From assembly GCF_006345805.1 (NCBI RefSeq), contig NC_043005.1, positions 70,804,001 through 70,868,000 on the forward strand: a DNA stretch of 64,000 nucleotides. Direction: 5' to 3'. The notes beneath the pieces were generated by a model. It was not told the origin of the DNA. It worked only from the letters and a program-made list of their open reading frames with translations, and did no database searches. This document shows positions 11,860-26,066 of the stretch, piece after piece; within the stretch, counting starts at the first letter, position 1; every line of letters starts with the position of its first letter. Both the position numbers and the translations under genes were made by a program. Source of the stretch: Octopus sinensis (taxonomy: Eukaryota).

Positions 11860-12073
11860 GCGTGGCTGTTGCCAGTACCACCTGACTGGTCCTCATGCCG
11901 GTGGCATATAAAAGCACCCACTATTCTCTCAGAGTGGTTGGCATTAGGAAGGGCATCCAGCTGTAGAAACACTGCCAGATCAGATTGGAGCCTGGTGCAG
12001 CCATCTGGTTTGCCAGTCCTCAGTCAAATCATCCAACTCATGGAAAGTGGACGTTGAACAATGATGATGATGA
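11860..12073 (+). mobile_element. RTE LINE 3' UTR copy
   Basis: Same family, with a short GAT tail. Confidence 0.75.
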
Positions 12074-12404
12074 TTAAACCAAATCTCATACATACCAAAA
12101 TTTAAAGATCTAAAATCTCATAATTTAGCATTTAAATGTTGAATTTTAAATTATAACCTTTTAAATAAAAAATTTCAGTACTTATGAACTTTGTTTTTTT
12201 TTCCCCAAAATTGATTCCTTTTGTGACCCTTCAGCACCCATTATAAGATTTATAAGATTGTAAGGTATAATAAAGTTATAGTCATGCAAAAAATCACTCA
12301 TGCAAAACTTGGAGTAACAAAAGCATAAAATCTCAATCTGTAATTGTTGTATTGTTAACTCCAGGTTATAATTGAGTACTTTATCCTCACATTTGCTGAT
12401 ATAG

Positions 12405-12410
12405 ACACAC

Positions 12411-12491
<81 letters not shown>

Positions 12492-12504
12492 CATATATAT
12501 ATAC

Positions 12505-12535
<31 letters not shown>

Positions 12536-12536
12536 C

Positions 12537-12597
<61 letters not shown>

Positions 12598-12598
12598 G

Positions 12599-12663
<65 letters not shown>

Positions 12664-12715
12664 GATATATATATATACACATATACATACACACACCCAC
12701 ACACATATATATATC
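12405..12715. repeat. Long interrupted (TA)n/(TACA) microsatellite
   Basis: Seen directly; source of the poly-YI ORFs. Confidence 0.95.
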
Positions 12716-15053
12716 ACATGATGAGATAGTGTAAAATTGCAAAAATATTTGTAATGCTAGCAAACCATATAAATGTTTTCAAAAAATTATTATTCTTGTT
12801 TTTTAAATTCTTTTCCATACATAACTTGAAAGTAATTTTTCAGAAAATTTCCATTTGAGTATTGGATCATCAAAACATATAATTTAAATTTTAGGTTTCG
12901 TTTTTAAACTCTGAAGTGTTTTAATGCTATAAGTTTCTCAAATATAAAAATATTTTCTGAAATATTGAATCATGAAAAGAAAACAAAAATTATGTTAAAT
13001 TAATGTTCAATTTGAGAAAAAAAAAGTCAATTGCATTTTATCAGAAATTATTTACCAAAGTTGAGAAGCAAATATTTGAAATAATTATTTGCTGTAAAAA
13101 CTATTACATTATATTCTATTTAAAAATCTGTTTAAAAATTCAGGAAGCTGATGTTTATTTAAAATATTTTAAAACACACACATACACACATACATCATTC
13201 ACTTACACAATCATGGATCTCTCCATCTTCATATGCTACTACCGTCCACCACTTTCACAAACTCTCCTATTCCTTCTTCTCAGTCACTTAGATATCTTCC
13301 ATCACTCTGCCTTCCCCTCTCCTGGATGAAAGGAAAAGTAAGCCATTCACAATATAGAGGCATGCTAGACTATCAATATAAAACTCGTTACTATACCAAA
13401 TAGTACCATGGAGACATCATTTAAAATCCTGATAACCTAGGTGCAATATAAATGGCAGAACTAGACTACTTCCCTGTAAAACTCTCTACAAAACTAGTGT
13501 GGGTGTCTGAACTACACAGTCAACAACTATCCAAAGGCCAAACTGCTACTATAAACCTCCAGATATCTCAATCTTCTCCCAATTCTGGCATCAAACCAAA
13601 CATGTTGATCTCTGAGAAGTAACAATAAAGACCAATGGAGAGGAAAGAGGTACATTGCTCTGGCCCAATAAGATAGAGATTCTCTTCAGTCCAATCATAA
13701 ATCATTCCCTCAGTACAAGTTATGAAAGGAATAGATGAATATGGACAATGCTGAGAAGAAAGAAACTTCCTTTAACCTGTACTTTCACCTCTCTGTCACT
13801 GTGAAGGAACAGAAGCAAAGAAGGATAAAACAATATTGCTGTGGACAAGATTACAACTTTAGTGGTGGTGCCATGATAAAAGAAACCCAGTTCGTTCTGT
13901 AATGGAGGTTTTAGTAAGGAAGGGTACTAAACTGTAGAAGCTAATCATGAAAGGATAGTCACTTGTTTAATTTCAAGGACGAGAGAAAAATAAAATGTAA
14001 ACATAAATTGAATTACTTATATAATAAGTTTAGGTAATTTTGAATACATATTAACAATAATTTAGACTACTAATTATATAGTCAAAATTAGTAATTTAGT
14101 AATAGTATAACGAGGATATTTTAGCTGTAGATTATGCAAGTTACGTACATTACTAGAATATAACTTAACAAAGAGGTTAATTACGAAGAACAAATAGATT
14201 GGTGAATATATAACAATTAGCAGACAGAAAATGTATTCTAGTGATTTTGCATAACGTTTTAGTTTTACATAAATATAAATTTAGAAATAATCCCCAGTAA
14301 ATGCTATATTACATCGCAGTTATCTTTTTTTTATCTTATTTATAATTAACAGAATTTTTTTTACAACGCCAAATTTTAGTTTAACGGTTAAAATTTCAAT
14401 TTGCAAAGTTATAATACATAGTTCTACTTATCAGTCCTAAAATTATCATTTACGTATTGATTTAAAGTTATAAAATTCTTGTAACAATAAAACTTTTGTT
14501 AATTTTTAAACATGATTTTAGTATAATTTTAGTCTAGTATAATTTTAATTCCAAATTTGCAAATTATAAATTTTATATTATAAGTTTAATTTTTAGTTTA
14601 ACGTATAAAATTCAATTTAACTGACATAAATAACGTTTTTACTGTTCATAAAATCCAGTAAATTCTATTTGGTTACTTATTTATCTAAATAAATTAACCA
14701 CGGAAATTAATTTTTATTCCTTCATATATATATATATATATTTTACTGTTTTTAATATTTGATGTATTTTTATAATTATCTCCCCTACTCAAGAAATCTT
14801 AAATAGAGGATAGTATTTTATTTAGTACTGATATTCAATAAATAAGAATTATCTCCCCTACAGGGGAAATCATATAAATAGAGGAAATAAATTCAGTAAC
14901 CATCTTTAATTTGCGGAGTTGTCTGGTGCTCATCAAAAAGATATGTCATGCTCATACTTTTCTTTAATATTGTTAAATCTTATCTATTATTTATAGAGTA
15001 TAGTGTAATTATTACATCTTCATTTATGTAATAAATTTATTTTATGATATTGA

Positions 15054-15155
15054 GACCTGAAGAGTGGCTATGTAAGGTTGGATCAAAGAAATGATTTTTG
15101 ACTATCGATTTTAATAATGTAGATTCGTATACATAGTCACGAAATGTGCGTCGTC
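15054..15155 (+). ncRNA. Hammerhead-like motif with long stem II (CpG-decayed)
   Basis: gac CTGAAGA gtggctatgta...tacatagtcac GAAA tgtgc GTC gtc. Confidence 0.6.
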
Positions 15156-15342
15156 ATTTTAATGAGTATTTTTTTAATGTTTTATTTAGTACAGAAATCT
15201 TTAGTAAAATGTTGATAATAATATATTTAAATTTATATAATATCTTTCAGTATTAATTGAATTCGTTTATGGACGTTCTATCTCTTAATTCTATATATTT
15301 ATATATGTAGAAGTTTAAAAGGGAACACACAAGTTGATATAT

Positions 15343-15494
15343 ACAAGGAAAATAGGGCAGGGTAGAAAATGCTAAAATAATTTTATCATGAAGAACATTT
15401 TAGTACCGGTTTCAGTCGCAAAGACTGAAACAGGTACTAAAATGTTCTTCATGATAAAATTATTTTAGCTTTTTCTACCTTGTCTTATTTTCCT

Positions 15495-15497
<3 letters not shown>
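15343..15497. repeat. About 75-bp-arm fold-back with a 5-nt loop, abutting (TA)n(TG)n
   Basis: ...catgaagaacattttagtaccggtttcagtc gcaaa gactgaaacaggtactaaaatgttcttcatg... Confidence 0.9.
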
Positions 15498-15554
<57 letters not shown>

Positions 15555-15852
15555 TGTGTGTGTGTGTATATGTATATATATGTGTGTGTGTGTGTATATG
15601 TATGTATCTAAACAGTAAAGTGAGTTGCCCCCTCAAATTGACAATTGAATGTTATTACTAGTGTAACCCCATGCAGATTCTCTGCCAGCTGGTTTTGGTG
15701 CACTAAAAAACAGATGGTTGAGAATCTGCCTGGGGTTAAACGAATAGTAACATTCAACTACACTTTGATGAGGCATCTCACTTTACAGCTTAGTATACGT
15801 TACTACTATATCTCTTCTTGAGATTTTATAACTATTTTGCTTATATATATAT

Positions 15853-16320
15853 CATCATCATCATGGTTTAACGTCCGCTTTACATGCTGGCATGGGTTGG
15901 ACGGTTTGACTGGGGATTGGTGAGCCAGGTGGTTACATCAGGCTCCAATCTGATCTGGCATAGTTTCTACAGCTGGATGCCCTTCCTAACACCAACCACT
16001 CCAAGAATGTAGTGGGTGTGTTTACGTGCCACTGGAACGAGAGCCAGTCAGGCGATGCTAGCAATGGCCACGCTCAAATGGTGTTTTTATGTGTCACCTG
16101 CACAGGGCCAGTCCAGCGGCACTGGTTGAATTTTGTTTTTCACTGCTCGAATTTTGTTTTTTACGTACCACCGGCACAATTGCCAGCAAACCAATGCTGG
16201 TAATGATCATACTCCGATGGTGCTCTTAGCTCTCCTCTAGCACAAATGCCAGTCATGCAGTGCTGTCATCGAATTTGATTTCGATTTCACTTGCCTCAAC
16301 AGGTCTTCGCAAGCAGGGTT
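15853..16320 (-). mobile_element. RTE LINE 3' UTR copy (long)
   Basis: Extends to the gacttgcctcaacaggtcttc-type region that matches the 58.6-kb 3' UTR. Confidence 0.8.
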
Positions 16321-16334
16321 TAGTGTCCAATGAA

Positions 16335-16379
<45 letters not shown>

Positions 16380-16450
16380 TATATACATACACACACACAC
16401 ATATATATACATACACATACATATATATATATATATAGGATAAGAAAATG

Positions 16451-16600
16451 GATAAAATAACAATAGGAAACTCGTGGTTTATGCTGGTATGTCTTTAATT
16501 AAATAGGTAAAAAAGAAAGAAGAAGCAGATTCCTTCTTTGTTACCTATTTAATTAAAGACATACCAGCGTAAACCACGAGTTTTCTATTGTTATTTTATC
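16451..16600. repeat. 60-bp-arm inverted repeat with a 30-nt spacer
   Basis: gataaaataacaataggaaactcgtggtttatgctggtatgtctttaattaaataggtaa pairs with 16541-16600; the two differences are G-U compatible. Confidence 0.9.
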
Positions 16601-18131
16601 TATATTGTTCTCCTATATAACCTAAACTCCGGTTTACCAACTGAACCACTTGCTACCATACAGCCTTACAAAAAGCTGTACCTACCCAGCTAATAGCCAG
16701 GAGCGACTATGGATTTAATTATCCCTTAGAGATACTAAACCCCTCTAACTTGATATATATTTATATATAATATATATATATATCTTTATGCATACACATA
16801 AATATTGTTGATCAGTTGGGATAAGATAATCCATGTGCTTACTTTTGGAAGCACTTCTACAGATAGTAGCTATCTGAATATTGCAGAAGAAGAATATCTA
16901 TACAAGGAACCTATATTTCTGAATAAACAGAAAATCCAGAAATTCCATTTTCATCATAGAGTATGAATAAAAAGATAAACAAAATATCAGAGTGTGTGAT
17001 ATTACTTTTATTTTTATGGTTGATAATTGTTTCAACAATTTCACGGTGACTGTTCCCACATCATGTTTATAAACTAGATATCTAGTCGTACATGCTATGT
17101 ATTGTACATACAGAGCTGTCCATGGAATTGTCTCATTAGAAACGTTTGTGAAAACAATACACATAAGTAACTGGTTATCTCACTTAAACAGGAGATATTT
17201 AGCACTGATCAGAATGGCGGTGTGCTAAAATTTTAGAATTTTATCAAGGAAAAGAGAAAAAAGAAGAGGAAGAGAAAAATAGAAATAAAATAGTGAAGAA
17301 AATAAGTCACTTGTCTCTGTTATTACCTTATATATAGAGTCAATTAAGTGCCCAGCAAATCTCCCACAGTGTTAGTCTGCCAGACAGAAAATTGGTCATG
17401 GCAGATTGGTACCACTCTGTGATAACAAGTTACTTTTGAGTCATCACTGTTGTATTTCGCTTTTTGGACAATAGATCTAATGTCTACAGATCAAAAGACA
17501 AGTATTTTATTGACCTCAAAGACATACTTGCGTTTATACATATAGACAATTAATGCTAACACTTACATACACACATACACTCTTATAATGCTGAACACTT
17601 ATGCATATATGCACACATGCACCAGTCTCTTTTATATTCCGCAAACCAGAGTGTATTTAAATAAGTGGATAAGTGTGCCCCCACCACACACACACATATA
17701 TATATACATACACAAAAATATATACACACTCATTAATGCAGTCATATATTTACATATACACACATATGCGTATGTATACCATTTTATATGCCTGTAAATT
17801 AACGCTAACATTTGTACATGCATACACACATTAAAACACCTTTGTAATACTATATACATATTTAGGTAAGCACTCACACATACATGCATACGTACATGTC
17901 CATACATACTCCAAGTGGAAACAAATTCATCTTCACAGATAAATGTATGCGTCTTCATACATACACTCTTATAAAAAGTCGAACTTATAAATATAGTATA
18001 TACATATATTTTTTATCAAAGATATTCCTGTATATACATACTCACATCATATGCTATGGTCTACACATAAGCAAAGCAATAATCATACCCAGAAGCAACA
18101 AACATGTAAAACTCACAAATACATACATACA

Positions 18132-18276
<145 letters not shown>

Positions 18277-18285
18277 ATATATATT

Positions 18286-18595
<310 letters not shown>

Positions 18596-18599
18596 TGAA

Positions 18600-18641
<42 letters not shown>

Positions 18642-18977
18642 ATATAATGTATGTATGTATATATACAGATACACTAGTACATAAATCAATCTTCACATAT
18701 ATTGTCATATACCTTTGCTCAAATATATATATTCATAATATGTACATGATCTCAAATAAAATTAGAAGGTTGGTTAAATCTGGGCATAAAAGGCCACATA
18801 ATGTTCAGCTGTAGAAGCTATACATTTGATGACATGGATCAGTAATATATCACAAAATATTAAATGTTTACTGTACTTAGATCTGAAGATCCTAATTATA
18901 TTGGTGGAATGATACACTTAGAAAGTTTTCCTAAAATCAGTGCTTTTTATACTTATATACATGCATATGTACATGCG

Positions 18978-19229
18978 ATAAGCAGTGAAAAAGAGAATAC
19001 CTACACTGAACTATTGAGAAATTGGCAGTTACTCAATCCAGATTACTAGTTCAGGTTTATACCTGTAATTATTGGGGCACTAGGATATGTAACATGCTGC
19101 CTAAATATCAATCTTGAGAAATTAGGCTTCTCAAAACCAGAAAGGAGAAAGATAATTCAAAGACTACAGGTCCAATCTATCACTGGAACAGTAAAAATCT
19201 GTAAAACTTGCCAGAAGTTTATCATTTAG
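18978..19229 (+). pseudogene. Second RLE C-terminal fragment, related to 2286-2586
   Basis: ISSEKENTYTELLRNWQLLNPDY*FRFIPVIIGALGYVTCCLNINLEKLGFSKPERRKIIQRLQVQSITGTVKICKTCQKFII*. Confidence 0.8.
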
Positions 19230-20159
19230 ATATATATGTGCATGTCTAGATATGCAACTATATGCATGAGAATACATACATAAAGCAAATCTGCATATAT
19301 ACATTCATACATACATACAAAAATACCTTGTTGTTGATGTTGAAATTCCAATGAAGGAACCTTGAATCTAAGTTAGAAACTGGCTCTTTCTCTATTGGTG
19401 AGAAAACTTGAAGTAAAACAGAACAATGACATACATAAATACATACATGGTGGCTGCCCCCTCGTTATCGAGTATGGCTATTGCACAAAGCTTAATCAAT
19501 GTTGTTATCATGCAATGCCTGTGCAAGAAGATTTTTTTTTTTAAAGTGAGGAAAGGCTGTGCACTGAGTCACTAAGCAACAGCAGCCATAATCTGAAAAG
19601 AAGAACAAGTCAACATCATCGGTAACCACTGAGCCACAGGTTTTATGTCAGAGTTATCCCAGTTACCTGAGTTACCTTCTCCTAGAAGGATGCTCTAACA
19701 AAGGCTAGGAGTCCTTCACTCCCAATGGTTTAACTGCGCGATCGGATATTCAGTCTGATTATTTCTATGTCCCCGCGCATGATAGAGCCTTAAGACATTT
19801 ATTGTATGGCCGTTGACTCTCAAGAGTTCCTCCACTCATTGATGGGTTTTGTTTTTCATCCCACAGGGTGTCCAATAAACACCCTCCTCACCAAGCAAGC
19901 TTGGTGGGGTTGCCGGTTTAGTCGCCGACGACCCGACCATGCAACAGGTTGTACTGGGTTACATGTTACCAGTAGCACTCGAAAATGTCCTGACATAACA
20001 TACATACATACATACATACATGCATACATTTCATGCATGTATATGTTCCCTTTGAATCGTGTCCCTTGAAACCAAGTTTGCCTTCTCTTTTTCACACTTG
20101 TTAGGTTGCTAAAATAAGTTCTAAATATATTTATAGAAAGAGTATAATTAATCTTTTCC

Positions 20160-20345
20160 CTTATAGGCACAAGGCCTGAAATTTTGGGGCAAGTGGATAG
20201 TTGATTACTTCAACCCCAGTACTGAAATGGTGCTTATTTCATCGACCCCCAAAGGATGAAAGTCAAAGTTGACCTTGGCAGAATTTGAACTCAGAACAGA
20301 AAGCCAGCAGAATGCCCCAAGCATTTTCCTCAGTGTACTAATGAT
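20160..20345 (-). mobile_element. SINE family M, diverged
   Basis: atcgacccccaaaggatgaaagtcaaagttgacc core. Confidence 0.65.
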
Positions 20346-20859
20346 AATTAATGAAAACCTTTTGCAATTGAAGCCTCAGGATGGCTGCAGTCGAATGACT
20401 GAAACCTTTAAAAAAACAAGAAAATATAATGTAAAATTCTTTAGACTTCTATAAGCAATCTTTGTATCAAATCAAGTGTTTAACCTTCAACTTTTAATAT
20501 CCTTTATCAAATCCACTTAACATCTCATTAAGAGACTGCATTTGTGATGTGTGGTCCTTCAACTTGAGAGAGCAGGGCTGCATTGTTCAAACCATGAAAC
20601 CTTACAAGCAAACGTAAATGAATAATGGGAAGATTGTGATGGAAATGACGATGGTGGTAGTAGTGATAGTAATGATGATGCTATGAAGAATGAATAAATA
20701 GCTGTACAGAACTGTCATCTTAATTCACAGTGTGAGCCAATAATCATCACACTGGTTGACCACAAATGCTAAGGAAGTTTTTTAACAGTCATTTGACCAG
20801 GACACAAATTTTTGTGCAAGCTTAACCTTAATGTCTTTCACAAGGTAAACATAGGCATA

Positions 20860-21190
20860 GATGTGGCTGTGTGGTAAGTAGCTTGCTTACGAACCACATG
20901 GTTCTGAGTTCAGTCCCACTACGTGGCACTTGGGGAAGTGTCTTCTACTATAGCCTTGGGTCAACCAAAGTCTTGTGAGTGGATTTGGTATAAAAATATA
21001 TATATTTATGTGTGTGTGTTTTTGTGTGTCCTCACCACCATTGCTTGACAACTGATGTTGAGCAAAAGAGACCAATAAAATAAGTACTAGGCTTACAAAG
21101 ACCAAGTCCTGGAGTCAATTTCTTTGACCAAAGACAGTGCTCCAGCATGGCTACAGTCAAATGACTAAAACGTGTAAAAGAGTAAAAGAG
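20860..21190 (+). mobile_element. SINE family A
   Basis: Head gtggctgtgtggtaagtagc and tail gtaaaagagtaaaagag. Confidence 0.8.
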
Positions 21191-22340
21191 TAACAGCATC
21201 TCTGAGTAATTTACTCCAGTGATTAGGTTTGCAATATTCTACATAGGTTGACACATTTAGTGATCCTCTCATCACTACTTTGATAAATACAGTGAAATCT
21301 TACCTTGAATTTCCCTGAAAAGATCTAAAGAAACTAGAACATATTCAGAGTTGTCTCCCATATACCATACTTCATGAAATGATTAAAACAATTGTGACTG
21401 AAAAAATGTTGTCTTCTCCTCACTATATGAATATTTATAATGATTTAATTTATGGTCATTACGCGGAACACGTTAATGCTAACTTTACTATTCCAAATTC
21501 TTTATAGTTTTATGTATATTCAAATTGGCAGTGATGTATATCATCTTCATTCCTTAGCTTTCAGTTCATAATCCTCCGTTCCATCACTGAAACTTCCTAC
21601 CAGTACACTACACTAATGCATTGTAATATAACACAGACATATCTCTAAATTGTCAGTTGCTATGATTCTACAGAGGTCATCAGTCAATGATAAATCATAC
21701 TTATGTGTGTACCTAAATTGCCTCGGTATAAGCTTCTTTCATGTGAGTATAATTAAATAAGAAAGTATGAGAAAATAACATGTTTTAAAATGGTATTACA
21801 CATGAATTAAATCATAACATGATATCATCATGTATGAATTAATAATTCAGAATTTTAATTTTTCTTTTATTTTTAATGTACATTGTAATGTCTATTTTCA
21901 TTTCATTTTACTTCTTTTTGATTTATATGTTCCCCTTTGCTTCAGTATTTTTTAAAATACAATCTATAATTTATTTTGTGATATTTTAATAGTGTGTAGA
22001 CAATCTGACGGCACCAAAGTGTACCATTGTGAATACATAAATTATCTTTGGCTCTCTAAATGATACTTATAAATCTCACCAATTTTTGAAATTGTTAAAA
22101 AAATATATTGGATACAGAATATATTTTAGTGCTTTTTCTTTTTTCGAATATTGCTATATTTGAAAATATTAAAAAAGCAAAGCTGTATTGATAATTATAC
22201 AATTATATGTCTATTAGATTTGAAATATCCTTGTCAACAGGGGAATATTTGTCTTGCATCTATAGAATGTAGCATGCACAAAAGTCAGTAGTAAAGCATC
22301 ATACTTACATAGCATTGAGGGAGTCTCTACATGGTTAGTT

Positions 22341-22821
22341 CTTCAAGCCGCCAGAAATAGAAACCAATTCTCTGTAGATAATGTTGTCTAAGATAAACTG
22401 TCAGGAAAAAAAATGAGCAGGCCACAGGTGGAATGTTTTCAGCATAGATTTGCTCATAAAAGACTGACTTGGAGCTAAATTCACACCAACCACACCACCT
22501 CTGTAATACACTTGTTTTATATAATCCTCTATATATATAAAGCTGAAGTGTCTGTGTATGGCAGGTTTGGTAGCCTTCTTCAAGCCACCAGAAATAGAAT
22601 AGAAAACCAATTCTCTATAGATAATGTTGTCTAAGATAAACTGTCAGGAAAAAAAATGAGCAGGCCACAGGTGGAATGTTTTCAGCATAGATTTGCTCTA
22701 TAAAGACTGACTTGGAGCTAATTCACACCAACCACCACCACCTCTGTAATACACTTTGTTTTATATAATCTCTCTATATATAAAGCTGAAGTTGTCTGTG
22801 TATGGCAGGTTTGGTAGCCTT
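22341..22821 (+). repeat. About 240-bp tandem duplication that includes the Helitron 5' end
   Basis: 22341-22577 is nearly identical to 22578-22821; differences are mainly single-base indels. Confidence 0.9.
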
Positions 22822-23159
22822 CAACTAACACTATCTCTTCCGAGACCCTGCTGCGCAAGTTGACCAAAATTGAGAGTATGATAGAAGAAGGCTTGCTCTT
22901 CCTTCCGTAAAAGAAAAAATTCAAATTGGACCATGTTAACACCAAAAATTATTTACATCAAAAAGGTGCATTTCTTCTATGAAAAGCTATTTGTTACGAT
23001 TTTTTGACTGCTGTGTCGCCATTTTTGCAGTGTACTTCAACCAGAAAAATGTTCACTTAAAGAGAATAACAAGCTACATAATGCAAAACTTTTACTTTTC
23101 AAAAATTCCAATTCTAAAGGGTCGAAACAAACCTGATCAACGCCGGGCGATACTGCTAG
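22769..23159 (+). mobile_element. Non-autonomous Helitron
   Basis: A|TC..tatatataaagctgaagttgtctgtg start; degenerate subterminal hairpin cctgatcaacgccggg and CTAG|T end. Confidence 0.75.
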
Positions 23160-23799
23160 TATTAGATAAATATACAAATGGCAGTGAGCTGGCAGAATTG
23201 TATTCACATTGAACAAAACGATTAGCAACATTTCTTCCAACCCTTTATGTTCTGATTTCAAATCCTGCCATGACTAACTTTGCTTTTTATCCCTTCAAGA
23301 TCAATAAAATAAGGTACCACTCAAGTACTGAAGTTGGTACAATCAACTTGTCCTCTCTTCTCAAAATTGCTGGACTTTAACTCTGCAAGGGATCAGTGTC
23401 TGGTTCAAGAAGAATGAGGTGATTTGGGTTAATTAAATGTTATGAAAACTAGAGGCTGTATGGTAAGAAGTTTGCTTTCTGACCACATGGTTCCAGGTTC
23501 AGTCCCATCTTATATATAAATATATCCGTCGCCATGATAGATCGGTAGCCACTACACAAATCTTTTTTCTCTGCTTATTTTCTTCTGTGTCCATTTCTGT
23601 AGAAGAGTGTGGGCTTGGAATGTAATTCCTGAGCATTATACTAATACATCTGTTTGTTTTGTACACCACCTGTCTTCGTCTTTTGTTTTTTTCGTGAACT
23701 CTCTCCTATATATATATATATATACATGTATGTATATATATATATATACATGTGTGTATATATATATACATATATATATATATATGTATGTATATATAT

Positions 23800-24240
23800 G
23801 GTTAATCCATGTGGAACAAATATAGTATTATTGGACACTCTGGAAGGAAGAGAAGAAGGAGGGCTTTACAATTCGAGCGGAGCTCTTCATCAGAAACATA
23901 GGAAAAGGAAAGATCCAGAGAAGGGAAGACGGAGGAAAAACAAAATAACCAACGGTACATATGCGGTCACATCTTGAATGACCGGAAGGAAATGGGTGAA
24001 GAAAAGTTCTTTCAAAGACAGGAGAGTGCAAGAGGAGGTATGTGTGTGTAAGTGTGTATATGTGCGTATGCGAAGGTCTGTGAGTGCGTGTGTGAGTATG
24101 TGTGCAATGATAACACGTGTGTGTGTGTGTTTGTGGCTGTAAATCTATGTGTGTTGTAGGGCTTAGTATTGTTTAAGGTCAAGGAAGAAGGAAGTAGGAG
24201 TGGCTCTTGTGTCTACCCATGGTCAGTGAGAGGTACTGCT
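23800..24240 (-). mobile_element. Longer PLE-type family B element (HHR core 23865-23896, mutated)
   Basis: Reverse complement ttt CTGATGA a gagc-tcc-gctc GAA ttgt aaa; one terminus joined to (TA)n. Confidence 0.65.
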
Positions 24241-25577
24241 AGTTTGAAGTATGTGTGTGTATTTGTTATTTGTGTCTGTGTTTCTCCTCCCACTATCACT
24301 TGACAACCAATGTTGGTGTGTTTTACGTCCCCGTAACTTAGCGGTTAGGCAAAAGATTCCGATAGAATAAGTACTAGGCTTACAAGGAATAAGTCCTAGG
24401 ATCGATTTGTTTGACTAAAGGTAGTGCTCCAGCATGGCCACAGTCAAATTACTGAAACAAGTAAAAGAATTATGAGTCCTAAGACTTCAGGGAAAAAAAG
24501 GAAAGTAAAATTTTACATACAATATGTTCCTCTTCAGACATTCATTGTCAGAATTGTTAGAAGATTGAACAAAATACTTTGTGGTATTTATTTCAGTTTC
24601 TTCATTGAGGATAAATCGGCAATGGTCAACTTCATCTTTCCTCCTCCCAAGGATGAAAAATAAAGCTCCATTTTATTGCAGTGAATTGGAAGAATTTTCA
24701 TTAGAAAGGGCATCCAACCATAGAAAATATGCCAAAGTAGACAACAGTGCTTGGCACAGTCTTTTGACTTGCTCATTTTCGTCGAACTGGACTGCATAGA
24801 AAATGGACATAAACCTTCAGCACACTGAAGGTGAATCATGTCACTGTATAAGTTTTTTCCCTTTTCAATGAGATACAATGTGCCTGCACCTAGAGGAGAG
24901 AAAACCCATAGGATGACATGATGTGCCTAAGTGTGCTAAAAATTAAATGATGACGATGATGGTGACAATGACAATGACTAAAAGATCAGAAAAGATGCCT
25001 AGCACCATTGATCTGGATCTTTACATCCTGGGTTCAAATCTTACAATTGTCTGCTTGAGTTGTAGATTTTATCTGTCACCTAACTTTACACCACCACCAG
25101 GTCCATAAGTACTTTTTTGTGAAGTCCACAATATTGCAAAACATTTAGGTGAAGTGTCTTGTTTAAGAACACCCTTCTATCTCCTTCCCACCTGTCTTGG
25201 GGGCCTGAAAAGCATTAAGAATACTGTCCACCTACTAAACTAAGCAACAAAGAAATTGTTCACCAATAATGAGAGTATACAAAATATCAGAACTATAATA
25301 ATATAAAATACCTTGAAATGCTGTTACATTCAAAGAAGTTTTGAAAAACAAGTATATAGATACAAAAAGTATTTACTTAATGTTTATTTATATCATTTCT
25401 GTAAGATATGACAATGTTAAATTATAACATTTCTTTTCTCTCACTATATATTTTCATATCTGCTGCGGGCATTTACATTAAGTATATTTTGCGTGTGTGT
25501 GTGTGTGTGTGGTGTGTGTGTGCTGGTATGGGTGTGATATGTTTGTGTGTGTGGCGTATGTTTCCACATTAGTATGC

Positions 25578-25580
25578 AGC

Positions 25581-25611
<31 letters not shown>

Positions 25612-26066
25612 CTTCTTCTTCTTCTTCTTCTTCTTCTTCTTCTTCTTCTTCTTCTTCTTCTTCTTCTTCTTCTTCATCTTTATCTTCTTCATCTTCTTCT
25701 TTTTCATCATCATCTTCTTCATCATCATCTTCTTCATCATCATCTTTTTCATCATCATCTTCTTCATCATCATCTTCTTCATCATCTTCATCATCATCAT
25801 CTTCATCTTCTTCATCATCATCTTCTTCATCATCATCTTCTTCATCATCTTCATCTTCATCATCTTCATCTTCTTCATCATCATCTTCTTCATCTTCATC
25901 TTCTTCTTCATCATCTTCATCTTCTTCTTCATCTTCTTCTTCATCTTCTTCTTCATCATCCTCTTCTTCATCATCTTCTTCATCATCTTCATCTTCTTCT
26001 TCTTCATCTTCATCTTCTTCTTTATCATCTTCTTTATCTTCTTCATCTTCTTCTTCATCATCATCT
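25578..26066. repeat. Compound trinucleotide tract (TTG)n(TTC)n(TTC/ATC mosaic)
   Basis: Seen directly; gives poly-D/E, poly-K/M and poly-S ORFs. Confidence 0.95.

Noticed and set aside
13330-13860. Coding-like composition, possibly a LINE relic
   Set aside because: No recognisable motif in any frame, so the evidence is insufficient to call.
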